NCBI GenBank assembly: GCA_964548655.1
Contig: CAZJQT010000001.1
Location: 30,884-94,883, forward strand
Reading direction: 5' to 3'
DNA length: 64,000 bases
DNA from: an uncultured Candidatus Saccharibacteria bacterium
GTDB lineage: Bacteria > Patescibacteriota > Saccharimonadia > Saccharimonadales > CAZJQT01
Part shown: positions 45,501-54,033 of the stretch, in pieces
Numbering within the stretch: position 1 is the first letter of the stretch
Layout: the number at the start of each line of letters is the position of its first letter
Program-made: the position numbers and the translations under genes
Notes under the pieces: model-generated
The model's input: only the letters and a program-made list of their open reading frames with translations
The model's database searches: none
Told to the model about the DNA's origin: nothing

Positions 45501-45971
45501 AAAGACACTGGCCCCCAGAATATAAATATTTGCTCTGGACCAGCTGCGACAGCACCTGCCGGCAACAATAGTTTTGGAAACCGTTTGGACATCTTCGCCA
45601 TGGGCTGCAATGGCAGTAACCTTAATAACGGCAAACTATATCAGACCACCTGGAACGGCTCTTCCTGGAGCGCTTTGAACCAAGTAGATGGTAACAATAC
45701 GGCTGCTGGTGATCCCGCGGCTGTATCATGGGGTGATAATCGGTTTGATGTAGTTGGGGTTAATACCGACGCCAATCCTAAGGTAATTTGGGATTATTAT
45801 GATGTTGTCGACCGTCCTAACGACCCAGCGGCCATACCCACAGAGGCTAGTAGCAGTGCCAATATAGCTGAAGTTTTCAACTACAGCCCTGAGCTATTCA
45901 TTATTCAGCTAGGCAATATCGTAAACAACGGAGAGATCGATGCCATCACCAGTCTTCCGCCGATACTCTAA
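42558..45971 (+). CDS. Large secreted/surface protein: Gly-rich N-terminus, two CarboxypepD_reg-like beta-sandwiches, beta-helix-like middle, C-terminal six-blade lectin-like beta-propeller
   Basis: The signal/TM segment is MFGVVLGIAGVLAMLAMPKTAYA. VGGHVYN...GYFGF and VQAHVFK...GFAYI are sandwich motifs. There are six repeats of SWG.(G/N)R(L/I/F)D(V/F/I)(F/V) spaced 46-60 aa, each followed by a W..W segment. Confidence 0.7.
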   Translation: MRLINIKLPSTFLGNRSRRMTKYLTMFGVVLGIAGVLAMLAMPKTAYASGGVGSGGSGGGSGVGHYTYYGWGWAIYDTNGPGPTDGFRNGSSWASAQSTCQSANATQVYAFVISNVSGTDEVYDYLNEDGPPQFAAHYAAGTIVDNGNATAIDSSQAQGAFDSLPSYGVDTSGFTFGGASGNVGWFCYNFAQPKTTVGGHVYNTTTGTYMSGVQIATCMSGSNPANVWTDANGYFGFTVNQGTGYCLRIVAGTAAGSYTSAFWMTQFPYNKYHPGISSYEYQLAGTNCFETGAEGNIYCGDRNVYWGYDLNWPSGTFDSWGSQGMDFNVTNLTVQAHVFKVDASGNNLGDVSGATLTTCASPATITTGTNGFAYINGLAPGAGFCLRVSSSAPVGYSGPFVRPWAQGYYTNDNGSLGGPSGPSCPSLSPNPPNGWGGPPFSGHCSNATYEWQVAGSAQNYRSEPTGTFFDRNLVSLGQDGGYDFVYVRNAQVDLCPNIAGSQPTVPDGWVIDSSGNCSQPDYPYMRVYGGDVLAGSGFGSCTPNNAAQIIGWNDGNGAGAGVQLAAQAMAAINQFTTATLRGSTPKPPDGLAFANTGAGVDPTYGGNFGDAPCATDYFNTVTNYSDPGLTAGGAVAVPGSSPSTNYSAIANSEKLILRHDGDVQINGNIIYTSSGTWANLSQIPSFVLIVRGNIYIQKTVTQLDGLYIAQPDISGNKGTIYTCANGTSLYTASTLDANCNTKLTINGAFIAKKVKFLRTNGSLKAQAATPYGWSGWQKLNSSGCGTGTAPNTYVGANKQVGVASWGPGRLDVFYRGTDNQLKHCYTDNADQGIAATWTFENLGGSPNSAPDAVSWGSGRIDVVVTFSTDGMLHHIAYGATGWGSWETFTTGCISNGAAVTSWASGRIDVMENSCSSAGLLEGNQTGATWSGLVNNTGGATPNDTAAVSWGPNRLDFFLRGNDNFLWHNYWPNGSGAFAGWFKDTGPQNINICSGPAATAPAGNNSFGNRLDIFAMGCNGSNLNNGKLYQTTWNGSSWSALNQVDGNNTAAGDPAAVSWGDNRFDVVGVNTDANPKVIWDYYDVVDRPNDPAAIPTEASSSANIAEVFNYSPELFIIQLGNIVNNGEIDAITSLPPIL

Positions 45972-45984
45972 GATGTCTGATAGC

Positions 45985-46014
45985 TTGCTTAAACAGATAG
46001 TGCTTATGTATAAT
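45985..46014 (+). promoter_or_regulatory. Putative pilM promoter (TTGCTT-18-TATAAT)
   Basis: The hexamers lie at 45985-45990 and 46009-46014, with the ATG 11 nt downstream. Confidence 0.5.
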
Positions 46015-46025
46015 CGGGATTAAAT

Positions 46026-47063
46026 ATGAACATACTGAGTGGGGTAAATGATTTTTTTGGTCTGGACATCGGCACCACTGCTATTAGAGCTGTCCAACTT
46101 CGTAGTGGTCCCAGCCCTCGTGCACTAGAAAAATACGCTTTTTTGCCCATTGACGACAAATTATCTATGAGTGACTCTAAGGCTGACCAGCAAAAGCTGA
46201 TTGATGAAGTCAAAAAACTTTTAACTGAGGCGCGGATTAGCAGCCGGAACGTGGCCGTTGGTATTCCGTCGCAAAAAGTCTTTACCACAGTGGTGGATAT
46301 CGATCGTCTTAATGACGATGAACTAGCCAAAACTATCCGTTATCAGGCAGATTCATTGATTCCAACCCCCTTAGCTGAATCCAAAATAGACTGGGTTGTC
46401 ATAGGTGATTCACCGAAAGATAAGACCAAAGTAGAAGTCTTACTATCTAGCGTCACCAACGCTTTTACCGAGGCCAGACTAGACATGCTGGAATCAATCG
46501 GGCTAAATGTCATCGCTTTTGAGCCAGATAATTTAGCGCTAGCTAGAGCCATTGTTCCGCTAGATGCGGCTCAACCACAAATGGTTTTGGACGTCGGTAG
46601 CAAAAGCACGGACTTGGTTATATGTATGAACGGCGCACCACGGCTAACGCGTTCTATCCCAACCGGCTCAGAAGCTATAGTTAAAGCCGCTATGCAGGGG
46701 TTGAGTGTTGATCAGAAACAAGCTGAACAGTTTGTTTTCAAGTTTGGCCTCAGCAAAGACAAGCTAGAGGGTCAGATTCACCAAGCAATTATTGGTACGG
46801 TGGATCTGTTGATCACCGAAATAGATAAGTCTATCAAATTCTTCCAGGCCAGGTACGTTGACAGCAAACTAGACAGAATAATAGTTACCGGTGGAGCTTC
46901 GGCTTTGCCAGAATTTCCACTCTATATTGCCAACAAATTTTCTATAAATGTAGAAATTGGTAACGCTTGGCGCAACGTGTCTTATCCAGCCGATAGGCAA
47001 AACGAACTGATGGCTGTTTCGAACCATTTTGGTGTCGCAGCTGGTTTGGCGGAGCGCGCATGA
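46026..47063 (+). CDS. pilM: Type IV pilus assembly protein PilM (actin-like ATPase fold)
   Basis: The N-terminus FGLDIGTTAIRAVQL and the C-terminal IIVTGGASALPEF are present. Position is upstream of pilN/O. Confidence 0.85.
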   Translation: MNILSGVNDFFGLDIGTTAIRAVQLRSGPSPRALEKYAFLPIDDKLSMSDSKADQQKLIDEVKKLLTEARISSRNVAVGIPSQKVFTTVVDIDRLNDDELAKTIRYQADSLIPTPLAESKIDWVVIGDSPKDKTKVEVLLSSVTNAFTEARLDMLESIGLNVIAFEPDNLALARAIVPLDAAQPQMVLDVGSKSTDLVICMNGAPRLTRSIPTGSEAIVKAAMQGLSVDQKQAEQFVFKFGLSKDKLEGQIHQAIIGTVDLLITEIDKSIKFFQARYVDSKLDRIIVTGGASALPEFPLYIANKFSINVEIGNAWRNVSYPADRQNELMAVSNHFGVAAGLAERA

Positions 47064-47743
47064 TTCAATTTAACCTACTACCAGACGTAAAGCTGCAATA
47101 TATAAAAGCCAAATCATCTAAACGTATGGTTATTTCTATTTCTGTGCTGACGGCCGCAACCGCTGTAACAGTTATGATTCTGCTACTTTTTGTTGTTAAT
47201 GTGCTTCAGAAGAAGCACTTAAGTGACCTAAATAACGACATTGCCAAATATTCCAAACAACTCAATGACACCACCGATCTAAATAAAATCCTGACCATCC
47301 AAAACCAACTAAGCAACCTAACAGCACTTCATGACAAAAAACCAGTAGTTAGCCGACTTAGTGGTTATTTGTCACAAATTACACCTACCAAGATTGGAAT
47401 AAATAGTTTGAGTGTTGATTTCGGCTCGTCTAACATGAAATTTAGCGGCACCGCCGATAGTCTAAATACCGTCAACACTTTTGTTGATACCCTCAAATTT
47501 ACTACCTACGATACTGATACTACCAAAGGCACCAACGCCTTCAAAAATGTTGTCCTGTCTGGCTTTACGCCTGGAAAAGATGGCAAAACCAGTTTTGATT
47601 TGGTACTTAGTTATGACCCAGTTATTTTCGACAGTGCTGCCAAGGTAAAACTAACGGTACCAAGCCAGACTACGACCCGATCTGAAGTGGAAAAACCCAA
47701 CGCCCTCTTTCAAACTAAAACTGACACCTCGACGGGGAACTAA
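47060..47743 (+). CDS. pilN: PilN-like pilus assembly protein
   Basis: FNLLPD motif, one TM, then a periplasm-type domain. ATGA overlap with pilM. Confidence 0.7.
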   Translation: MIQFNLLPDVKLQYIKAKSSKRMVISISVLTAATAVTVMILLLFVVNVLQKKHLSDLNNDIAKYSKQLNDTTDLNKILTIQNQLSNLTALHDKKPVVSRLSGYLSQITPTKIGINSLSVDFGSSNMKFSGTADSLNTVNTFVDTLKFTTYDTDTTKGTNAFKNVVLSGFTPGKDGKTSFDLVLSYDPVIFDSAAKVKLTVPSQTTTRSEVEKPNALFQTKTDTSTGN

Positions 47744-47746
47744 ACT

Positions 47747-48424
47747 ATGGCTAAACTTCAACAACCATCAACCAAACGGATCCTAATCGATCGAGCCAGT
47801 CGAACGCTAGTTATAGCTACTGCCATAGCAGCTTTTGTAGTCGTTTTTTCTCTGTTTGCTTGCAAAGCCCTACTTAGCCAGCGTGCCTACCAAGCTAAAG
47901 TTATTGGCGGCAAGGAAAAGGCTGTTGCGCAACTAAAAACTAACATCGACTCAGTCAGTAAGCTAGTAAGTGCTTATCAGGATTTTGTTGCGCCGGCTGC
48001 TAACGTTTTAGGTGGTGATCCCAAAGGTGCCGGTGACAAAGATGGCGATAATGCCAAGATAGTTTTGGATGCCTTACCTAGTAAATATGACTTCCCAGCT
48101 TTGGCTACGAGTTTGGCAAAAATAATGAGTGACGGTGGCTTTGCAGCTAGTGGTATTGCTGGTAAAGATGATGAAGTCAACCAATCACAACAAACTGCTC
48201 AGTCCAACCCGCAACCTATCGAAATACCGTTCCAGCTGAGCGTCAGTGGCCCATTCGACAAAATCAAGACTTTGATCGATACCCTGGAACATTCCATCAG
48301 ACCGTTTCAAATCAATAAGCTCGACATGAGTGGTTCAGACGATAATCTGTCTGTCGGTATCGATGCCAAAACCTATTACTTGCCAGAGAAAACCTTGAAT
48401 ATTCAAAAAGAGGTTGTTAAATGA
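47747..48424 (+). CDS. pilO: PilO-like pilus assembly protein
   Basis: One TM followed by a coiled-coil and an alpha/beta domain. Operon position is after pilN. Confidence 0.55.
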   Translation: MAKLQQPSTKRILIDRASRTLVIATAIAAFVVVFSLFACKALLSQRAYQAKVIGGKEKAVAQLKTNIDSVSKLVSAYQDFVAPAANVLGGDPKGAGDKDGDNAKIVLDALPSKYDFPALATSLAKIMSDGGFAASGIAGKDDEVNQSQQTAQSNPQPIEIPFQLSVSGPFDKIKTLIDTLEHSIRPFQINKLDMSGSDDNLSVGIDAKTYYLPEKTLNIQKEVVK

Positions 48425-48669
48425 AACGTAAAGACATAATCATTATAGTTGTTATCTGTGTAATCAGCGGTGTGGTCTCCTTGGTGCTATCTAACTTATT
48501 GCTTGGCTCTCCTGCCAAAAGGCAGTCAACTATTGAGAAGGTCGAACCGATATCAGCCGATTTTAAGACACCTGATAGTCGCTACTTTAACTCAAATTCG
48601 ATTGACCCAACCCAACTGATCAAAATCGGTGAAAATACCAACCAGTCACCATTTAATTCCAAGCCTTAA
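48421..48669 (+). CDS. Small single-TM protein in the pilus operon
   Basis: 82 aa with an N-terminal TM. ATGA overlap with pilO. Confidence 0.55.
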   Translation: MKRKDIIIIVVICVISGVVSLVLSNLLLGSPAKRQSTIEKVEPISADFKTPDSRYFNSNSIDPTQLIKIGENTNQSPFNSKP

Positions 48670-48681
48670 AGAGCGACGCCA

Positions 48682-50478
48682 ATGAGTGTCTTATCTGCCT
48701 CAACTCAGAAACAAGTTGAAGATAAATTACTAGAAGAAGGTGTTTTAGATGCGGTCAAATTAAAAAATGTTAAAGATAAGGCAGCGCAGTCTAATCAGCC
48801 TTTGTTGAGCGTTCTGGTACACGAAGGCATTGTTTCTAACGAAGCCCTGACCAAAACCATAGCCCATGCTACACACTTGCCCTATGTTAATTTAACGACC
48901 GCTAAGGTTGATCCGGAAATCTTGGCACTGATACCACAGGAAACGGCCGAGCGTTTTATGGCCGTACCGCTGGGCGAAATGCAACATAGGCTGGTTGTGG
49001 CTATGCTGGATGCCGATAATGTTCAAGCAGCTGACTTCCTCTCTAATAAGATAGGTCGGCCACTGAAGGTATATGCGGCCAGTGAAGAGGGAGTTAGAAA
49101 TGTCCTAAAGCAGTACGGCGCATCAATAGACAAGCAAACTGTTGGCGCACTAGGCGATATAAATGGTGAACCAGCCGGTACCGAAAATGTTCTGAAGTTT
49201 AATGACCAAGCAACCGATATTGAAAACTTGGTTCAAGACTCACCGATTAGCAAAGCCCTGACTACTATCATGGAATATGCTGCCAAAAATCGGGCCAGTG
49301 ACATCCACATTGAACCACTTGAAAACGAGCTACGCATTCGTTGCCGTATCGATGGAATACTCCGGGAAATCATGAAGTTGCCCAAATCTACAGAAGCCCC
49401 GCTAGTATCGCGAATAAAAATTTTATCCAATTTGAAGATTGACGAACACCGTATACCACAAGATGGACAGTTTTCTATCAAGGTATCTGGCCGCGATATT
49501 GACCTGAGAATTGCCATCTCGCCGGTAGTTTGGGGCGAACAAGTCGTAATCCGTCTGTTGGATAAAACTGGCACCAGTCTCAAGTTAGAAGATATGGGCT
49601 ACACTGGCCGGGCCCTCAGAACTATCAGAAAGGGACTAACCCGACCAAATGGCATGGTGCTGACATCTGGACCAACCGGTTCCGGTAAGTCCACTAGCAT
49701 GTATGCGGCCATCCAAGAGATCAAGAACGAGGCTATCAATATTGTCACGCTTGAAGACCCAGTCGAATACAAAATGCCTGGCATAAATCAGATACAAGTT
49801 AACGCCGACGTTGGTCTAACCTTTGCGTCCGGTCTCAGGTCAATCTTGCGCCAAGACCCTAATGTTGTCATGGTCGGTGAGATTCGTGATAAAGAAACTG
49901 CTACATTGGCGGTACAAGCTGCCCTGACGGGTCACCTGGTATTCTCAACCCTGCACACCAACTCTGCCTCCGGTATTTTGCCTAGGCTTCTAGATATGGG
50001 TATTGAGCCGTTCTTGATAGCATCAACTGTGCACACGGTTATTGGCCAACGGCTAGTCAGGCGTATTAACGATGAAACCAAGCAATCCTACGAGTCTTCC
50101 AAGACTGAAACCGAAGCCATCCACGCTACAATTGGGCATTTATTGCCAGCAACTAAAGAAGATGTCGCCAAGGTCGCCGAAGACCTAGGTTATAAAAGCT
50201 TGCCTCTAAGAGACCAAACCGCTTATACTTTGTACAAGGGTGCTGATGACCCAGCCTCAATAGACGGCTACAAAGGTCGTCTGGGGTTGTATGAGGTATT
50301 TGATATCACTGAACCGATCCAGGATCTAATCCTCAAACATTCCACCAGTACCGAGATTCAACACGCTGCCCAAAGACAAGGCATGGTCAGCATGCGTGAA
50401 GACGGTTATCTAAAGGCTCTTGCAGGCCTAACTACTCTAAGTGAAGTTAACCGAGTAGCCGCCGCCGACAGTGCTTAA
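48682..50478 (+). CDS. pilB: Type IV pilus assembly (extension) ATPase PilB/GspE family
   Basis: An N-terminal GSPII-like domain is present. Walker A is SGPTGSGKST, with Asp box and His box, and TGHLVFSTLHTN. Confidence 0.9.
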   Translation: MSVLSASTQKQVEDKLLEEGVLDAVKLKNVKDKAAQSNQPLLSVLVHEGIVSNEALTKTIAHATHLPYVNLTTAKVDPEILALIPQETAERFMAVPLGEMQHRLVVAMLDADNVQAADFLSNKIGRPLKVYAASEEGVRNVLKQYGASIDKQTVGALGDINGEPAGTENVLKFNDQATDIENLVQDSPISKALTTIMEYAAKNRASDIHIEPLENELRIRCRIDGILREIMKLPKSTEAPLVSRIKILSNLKIDEHRIPQDGQFSIKVSGRDIDLRIAISPVVWGEQVVIRLLDKTGTSLKLEDMGYTGRALRTIRKGLTRPNGMVLTSGPTGSGKSTSMYAAIQEIKNEAINIVTLEDPVEYKMPGINQIQVNADVGLTFASGLRSILRQDPNVVMVGEIRDKETATLAVQAALTGHLVFSTLHTNSASGILPRLLDMGIEPFLIASTVHTVIGQRLVRRINDETKQSYESSKTETEAIHATIGHLLPATKEDVAKVAEDLGYKSLPLRDQTAYTLYKGADDPASIDGYKGRLGLYEVFDITEPIQDLILKHSTSTEIQHAAQRQGMVSMREDGYLKALAGLTTLSEVNRVAAADSA

Positions 50479-50495
50479 AAGTAAAGGGGAGACAA

Positions 50496-51563
50496 ATGTC
50501 AGCACAACCAAGAATAGAAGTCCTACTCGAAGAAGTCATCAAGAAGAAAGCTTCTGATCTCCACATCCAAGTTGGGTTGCAGCCAATGCTAAGAGTTGAT
50601 GGTTCACTAGTGGCTGTGCCTGGCAGTGATATTTTGAATGAGGAGACCGTAGAGCTGCTGATCTTTGCTATTTTGGACGAAGACCAAAAGCAGATTCTGT
50701 TAAAGGACAAGGAGTTTGACTTCAGTTTTGCCTTTGGTGATTTGGGTCGCTTCCGCGTTAATGCCTTTCATGAGCGCGGTAACCTAGCGGCGGCTCTGCG
50801 TCTAATCCCTAACGAACTTTTGACTATAGAACAGCTTGGCTTGCCGCCAATTGTCAGTAAATTTGCTGACTATCCGCGCGGCCTAGTACTTGTAACCGGA
50901 CCAACTGGTTCTGGTAAATCAACTAGCCTAGCGGCCGTTATTCATAAAATTAACATGGAACGTTCGGCTCATATTGTTACTATTGAGGACCCAATTGAAT
51001 TCACTCACAAGAGTAAAAAGGCCGTGATTGTCCAGCGTGAAGTCCACTATGATACTTACTCATTCTCAGCCGCCTTGCGTAGCAGTTTGCGCCAAGACCC
51101 AGATGTGGTGCTAATCGGTGAGATGCGCGACCTTGAAACTATCGCCGCCGCTATTACCATTGCTGAAACTGGCCACCTAGTGCTGGCGACCCTGCACACC
51201 AACTCAGCCGCCCAAAGTATTGACCGTATGATTGATGTTTTCCCACCACACCAACAACCGCAGATCAGGGCTCAGCTATCCAATATCTTGATGGCCATCT
51301 GTTCTCAGCGCCTGATACCTTCGATTGGTGGTGGTCGAGTTGCGGCGGCTGAAATTCTAGTAGCTACTCCAGCCGTACGCAATATTATCCGTGAAGGTAA
51401 GAGTCACCAGCTAGAAGCGGTTATTCAGACTGGCGCTGAACACGGTATGCAGTCAATGGATAAAACTCTAGTGACTTTGATTCACAACGGCACAATTACT
51501 TTGGATGAAGCCCGCAACGTAGCTGTTGATCTTGAGGAACTAGACCGCTTAATGAGAGGCTAA
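50496..51563 (+). CDS. pilT: Twitching-motility (retraction) ATPase PilT
   Basis: ASDLHI is present. Walker A is TGPTGSGKST. Other motifs are GHLVLATLHTNSAAQSIDRMIDVF and AIRNIIREGK-like AVRNIIREGK. Confidence 0.9.
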   Translation: MSAQPRIEVLLEEVIKKKASDLHIQVGLQPMLRVDGSLVAVPGSDILNEETVELLIFAILDEDQKQILLKDKEFDFSFAFGDLGRFRVNAFHERGNLAAALRLIPNELLTIEQLGLPPIVSKFADYPRGLVLVTGPTGSGKSTSLAAVIHKINMERSAHIVTIEDPIEFTHKSKKAVIVQREVHYDTYSFSAALRSSLRQDPDVVLIGEMRDLETIAAAITIAETGHLVLATLHTNSAAQSIDRMIDVFPPHQQPQIRAQLSNILMAICSQRLIPSIGGGRVAAAEILVATPAVRNIIREGKSHQLEAVIQTGAEHGMQSMDKTLVTLIHNGTITLDEARNVAVDLEELDRLMRG

Positions 51564-51576
51564 CAGGCTTAGAAGG

Positions 51577-52794
51577 ATGCTCACTTACAAATACACTGCT
51601 CGCAATCCAGCAACTGGCCAAAAACTATCGGCTGAAGTTCAGGCCGATAATGAGCAAAATGCCGCCAAGCTTATTCATGATCAAGGTTTAGCGCCGATTG
51701 ATATCAGTCTTAAGGAAGGTAAAAACACCAGTTTCGCTAAGATCTTCAAAAAGGTTAAAGCCAAAGACAAGATTTTGTTCTCTAGACAGCTATCGACCTT
51801 AATTAACGCTGGCTTGCCGCTAGTGCAAAGTCTACGCAGCGTAGCCAACCAAACGACTAACAAAAATTTTAAAGTCATCATCAATGAAATCATCGCTGAC
51901 ATTGAAGGCGGCCAGGCTTTTTCAGCCGTGTTGGCTAAACATCCGGAGGTATTTAACAGAGTATTTATTAGTCTAGTGGCGGCTGGTGAAGCTTCGGGAA
52001 CACTTGATGCGGCCCTAGAGCGCCTGGCCAATCAACAAGAAAAAGATGCTGAAATCTTAAGCAAAGTCCGCGGTGCCATGGTTTACCCGATCATTGTGCT
52101 GATCGTGATGGGCGCAGTTGTTTTGTTTATGGTTGTTAAGGTTTTGCCGCAGGTTGAAGTGCTTTATAACGGCCTGCCAGGCACCACCTTGCCTTGGTTT
52201 ACTGTGGCCTTGCTGGCAGTTTCACACTTTATCATCAAATTTTGGTACTGGATGGTGTTCTTAGCAATTCTTTTGGTTATTTTTGGCTCCAGGTGGATAA
52301 AAACAATCGGCGGTCGTCGAGTAATAGACAAATTCAAAATGAAAGCCTGGCCGATCGGACCTTTGTTTATGAAGCTCTACATGGCTCGTTTTACACGCAC
52401 TGGCCAGACTTTAATATCGACCGGTGTTCCACTGATCCAAATGCTGGAAATTACGTCTGATGCTATCAATAATGTTTACATAGAGGAATCATTGAAGGGG
52501 GCGATTGAAAAGGTAAAAGGCGGCAAAGCTTTATCTGACTCACTGGCTAACGATAAAAATTTCCTAGAACTAGTCCCTAATATGCTCAGAATTGGTGAAC
52601 AGTCTGGTTCTATGGAGCAAATGATGGCCAAAACAGCTGATTATTTCGAGAGGGAAGTAGATAACCAGATTAAAACTGTTTCTACCATCATTGAACCCGT
52701 CATGATGGTGATGCTTGGTGTTTTCGCTTTTATTATCGTGGCGGCGGTACTTATCCCCATATATGGGCTGGCAGGCAAGACAATCATCCATTAA
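51577..52794 (+). CDS. pilC: Type IV pilus platform protein PilC/GspF
   Basis: Two T2SSF-type repeats are present (FSRQLSTLINAGLPLVQSL; FTRTGQTLISTGVPLIQML). There are three TMs. Confidence 0.9.
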   Translation: MLTYKYTARNPATGQKLSAEVQADNEQNAAKLIHDQGLAPIDISLKEGKNTSFAKIFKKVKAKDKILFSRQLSTLINAGLPLVQSLRSVANQTTNKNFKVIINEIIADIEGGQAFSAVLAKHPEVFNRVFISLVAAGEASGTLDAALERLANQQEKDAEILSKVRGAMVYPIIVLIVMGAVVLFMVVKVLPQVEVLYNGLPGTTLPWFTVALLAVSHFIIKFWYWMVFLAILLVIFGSRWIKTIGGRRVIDKFKMKAWPIGPLFMKLYMARFTRTGQTLISTGVPLIQMLEITSDAINNVYIEESLKGAIEKVKGGKALSDSLANDKNFLELVPNMLRIGEQSGSMEQMMAKTADYFEREVDNQIKTVSTIIEPVMMVMLGVFAFIIVAAVLIPIYGLAGKTIIH

Positions 52795-52797
52795 AAC

Positions 52798-52826
52798 TTG
52801 CATTATCTCTAATTTCTATTTAGTAT
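52798..52826 (+). promoter_or_regulatory. Putative major-pilin promoter (TTGCAT-17-TAGTAT)
   Basis: The hexamers lie at 52798-52803 and 52821-52826. A strong GGAGGGGGG SD follows. Confidence 0.5.
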
Positions 52827-52872
52827 TTTAACCATAAGCATTAATAAACCTTGTTGGAGGGGGGCTTTAAAT

Positions 52873-53379
52873 ATGAAACTTAACCTAAAAAAACTAAATG
52901 AGGGCTTCACTATCATCGAAGTCTTGATCGTGCTAGCAATCGCTGGCTTAATCCTGCTAATCGTGTTCCTAGCGGTACCAGCTTTGCAGCGTAACAACCG
53001 TAATACTGGCCGCCGTTCAGAGGCAGCTAGGCTAGCTAGTGCGTCAGCTAACTTCACAACAAATAACAATGGTGCAACACCTACAGTAGCAGCTGATATA
53101 ACCGCCGTCATTACCGACGCTGGTACTTTGCAGCAATTCTCTGGTCTAGCTGTAGCTTCACCACTTGGTACGGCTGCTGCAGGTAAGATGTCTCTTATTG
53201 CCGCCGGCTTCACTAGCCCACAGGCAGCCATTACTGTTAACGGAACTCAGCTAGTGGTTGGTGGTAAATGTGGTGCGAGTGGTACTGCGGTGACAGGTAC
53301 AACCAGACAAATGGCCTTGCAGTACACCCTAGAAGATGCCGGTGGTACCTACACTACATCTAGCTGCATAGACGTTTAA
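52873..53379 (+). CDS. Type IV (major) pilin, copy 1
   Basis: The class III signal is MKLNLKKLNEG|FTIIEVLIVLAIAGLILLIVFLAV, with Glu5. A strong GGAGGGGGG SD and a TTGCAT-17-TAGTAT promoter lie upstream. Confidence 0.85.
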   Translation: MKLNLKKLNEGFTIIEVLIVLAIAGLILLIVFLAVPALQRNNRNTGRRSEAARLASASANFTTNNNGATPTVAADITAVITDAGTLQQFSGLAVASPLGTAAAGKMSLIAAGFTSPQAAITVNGTQLVVGGKCGASGTAVTGTTRQMALQYTLEDAGGTYTTSSCIDV

Positions 53380-53433
53380 GTCGTACGTTAAATTTGAATC
53401 CAGCGGTAATGAGATAAAAAGGTATTTTTACTG

Positions 53434-53997
53434 ATGCTAAGAAAAAGATTCACTGGTGTTACAAGGTTCTTTTCCGAAGCAAGCTCTCATTCCGCTGGTA
53501 AGTCTTATCACGGGACAGCTGGCTTCACTATCGTCGAAGTCCTAATTGTTCTGGCTATTGCCGGCCTAATTCTATTGATCGTGTTCCTGGCAGTACCAGC
53601 CTTGCAGCGTAGTAATCGTAATCACAACCGTCGTAACGAAATATCTAGACTTGCGACTTCTGCCTCCAATTTTTCTTCTAATAATATTGGCGTTATACCG
53701 TCTACCTCAGGTGACGTGACTACAATAATTACTGATGCTGGTACTCTGAATCAATACACAGGACTAGCGGCGGCTTCACCACTAGGAACAGCTGTCAATG
53801 GCAAAATGTCGCTGGTATCGGGGGTTCAAGGCGTTATAACCGTTAGTGGTGTCCAGTTGGTTACAGCTGCACGTTGTGATATAACAGCTGGCAATATCGG
53901 TAAAACTCTTGGCGGTGCCAATAGGCAGATGGCTTTGCAATATGCCCTAGAAGACAGTAGCGGCAATTTTACTCTGTCCGAGTGCCTTAACGTTTAA
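53434..53997 (+). CDS. Type IV pilin, copy 2 (paralog with a 30-aa leader)
   Basis: ...HGTAG|FTIVEVLIVLAIAGLILLIVFLAV is nearly identical to the copy 1 alpha1-N. The C-terminal RQMALQYxLED...C..V motif is conserved. Confidence 0.8.
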   Translation: MLRKRFTGVTRFFSEASSHSAGKSYHGTAGFTIVEVLIVLAIAGLILLIVFLAVPALQRSNRNHNRRNEISRLATSASNFSSNNIGVIPSTSGDVTTIITDAGTLNQYTGLAAASPLGTAVNGKMSLVSGVQGVITVSGVQLVTAARCDITAGNIGKTLGGANRQMALQYALEDSSGNFTLSECLNV

Positions 53998-54033
53998 TCA
54001 ATTCAAATAACAACCTATGTTAGTATTCTACTA

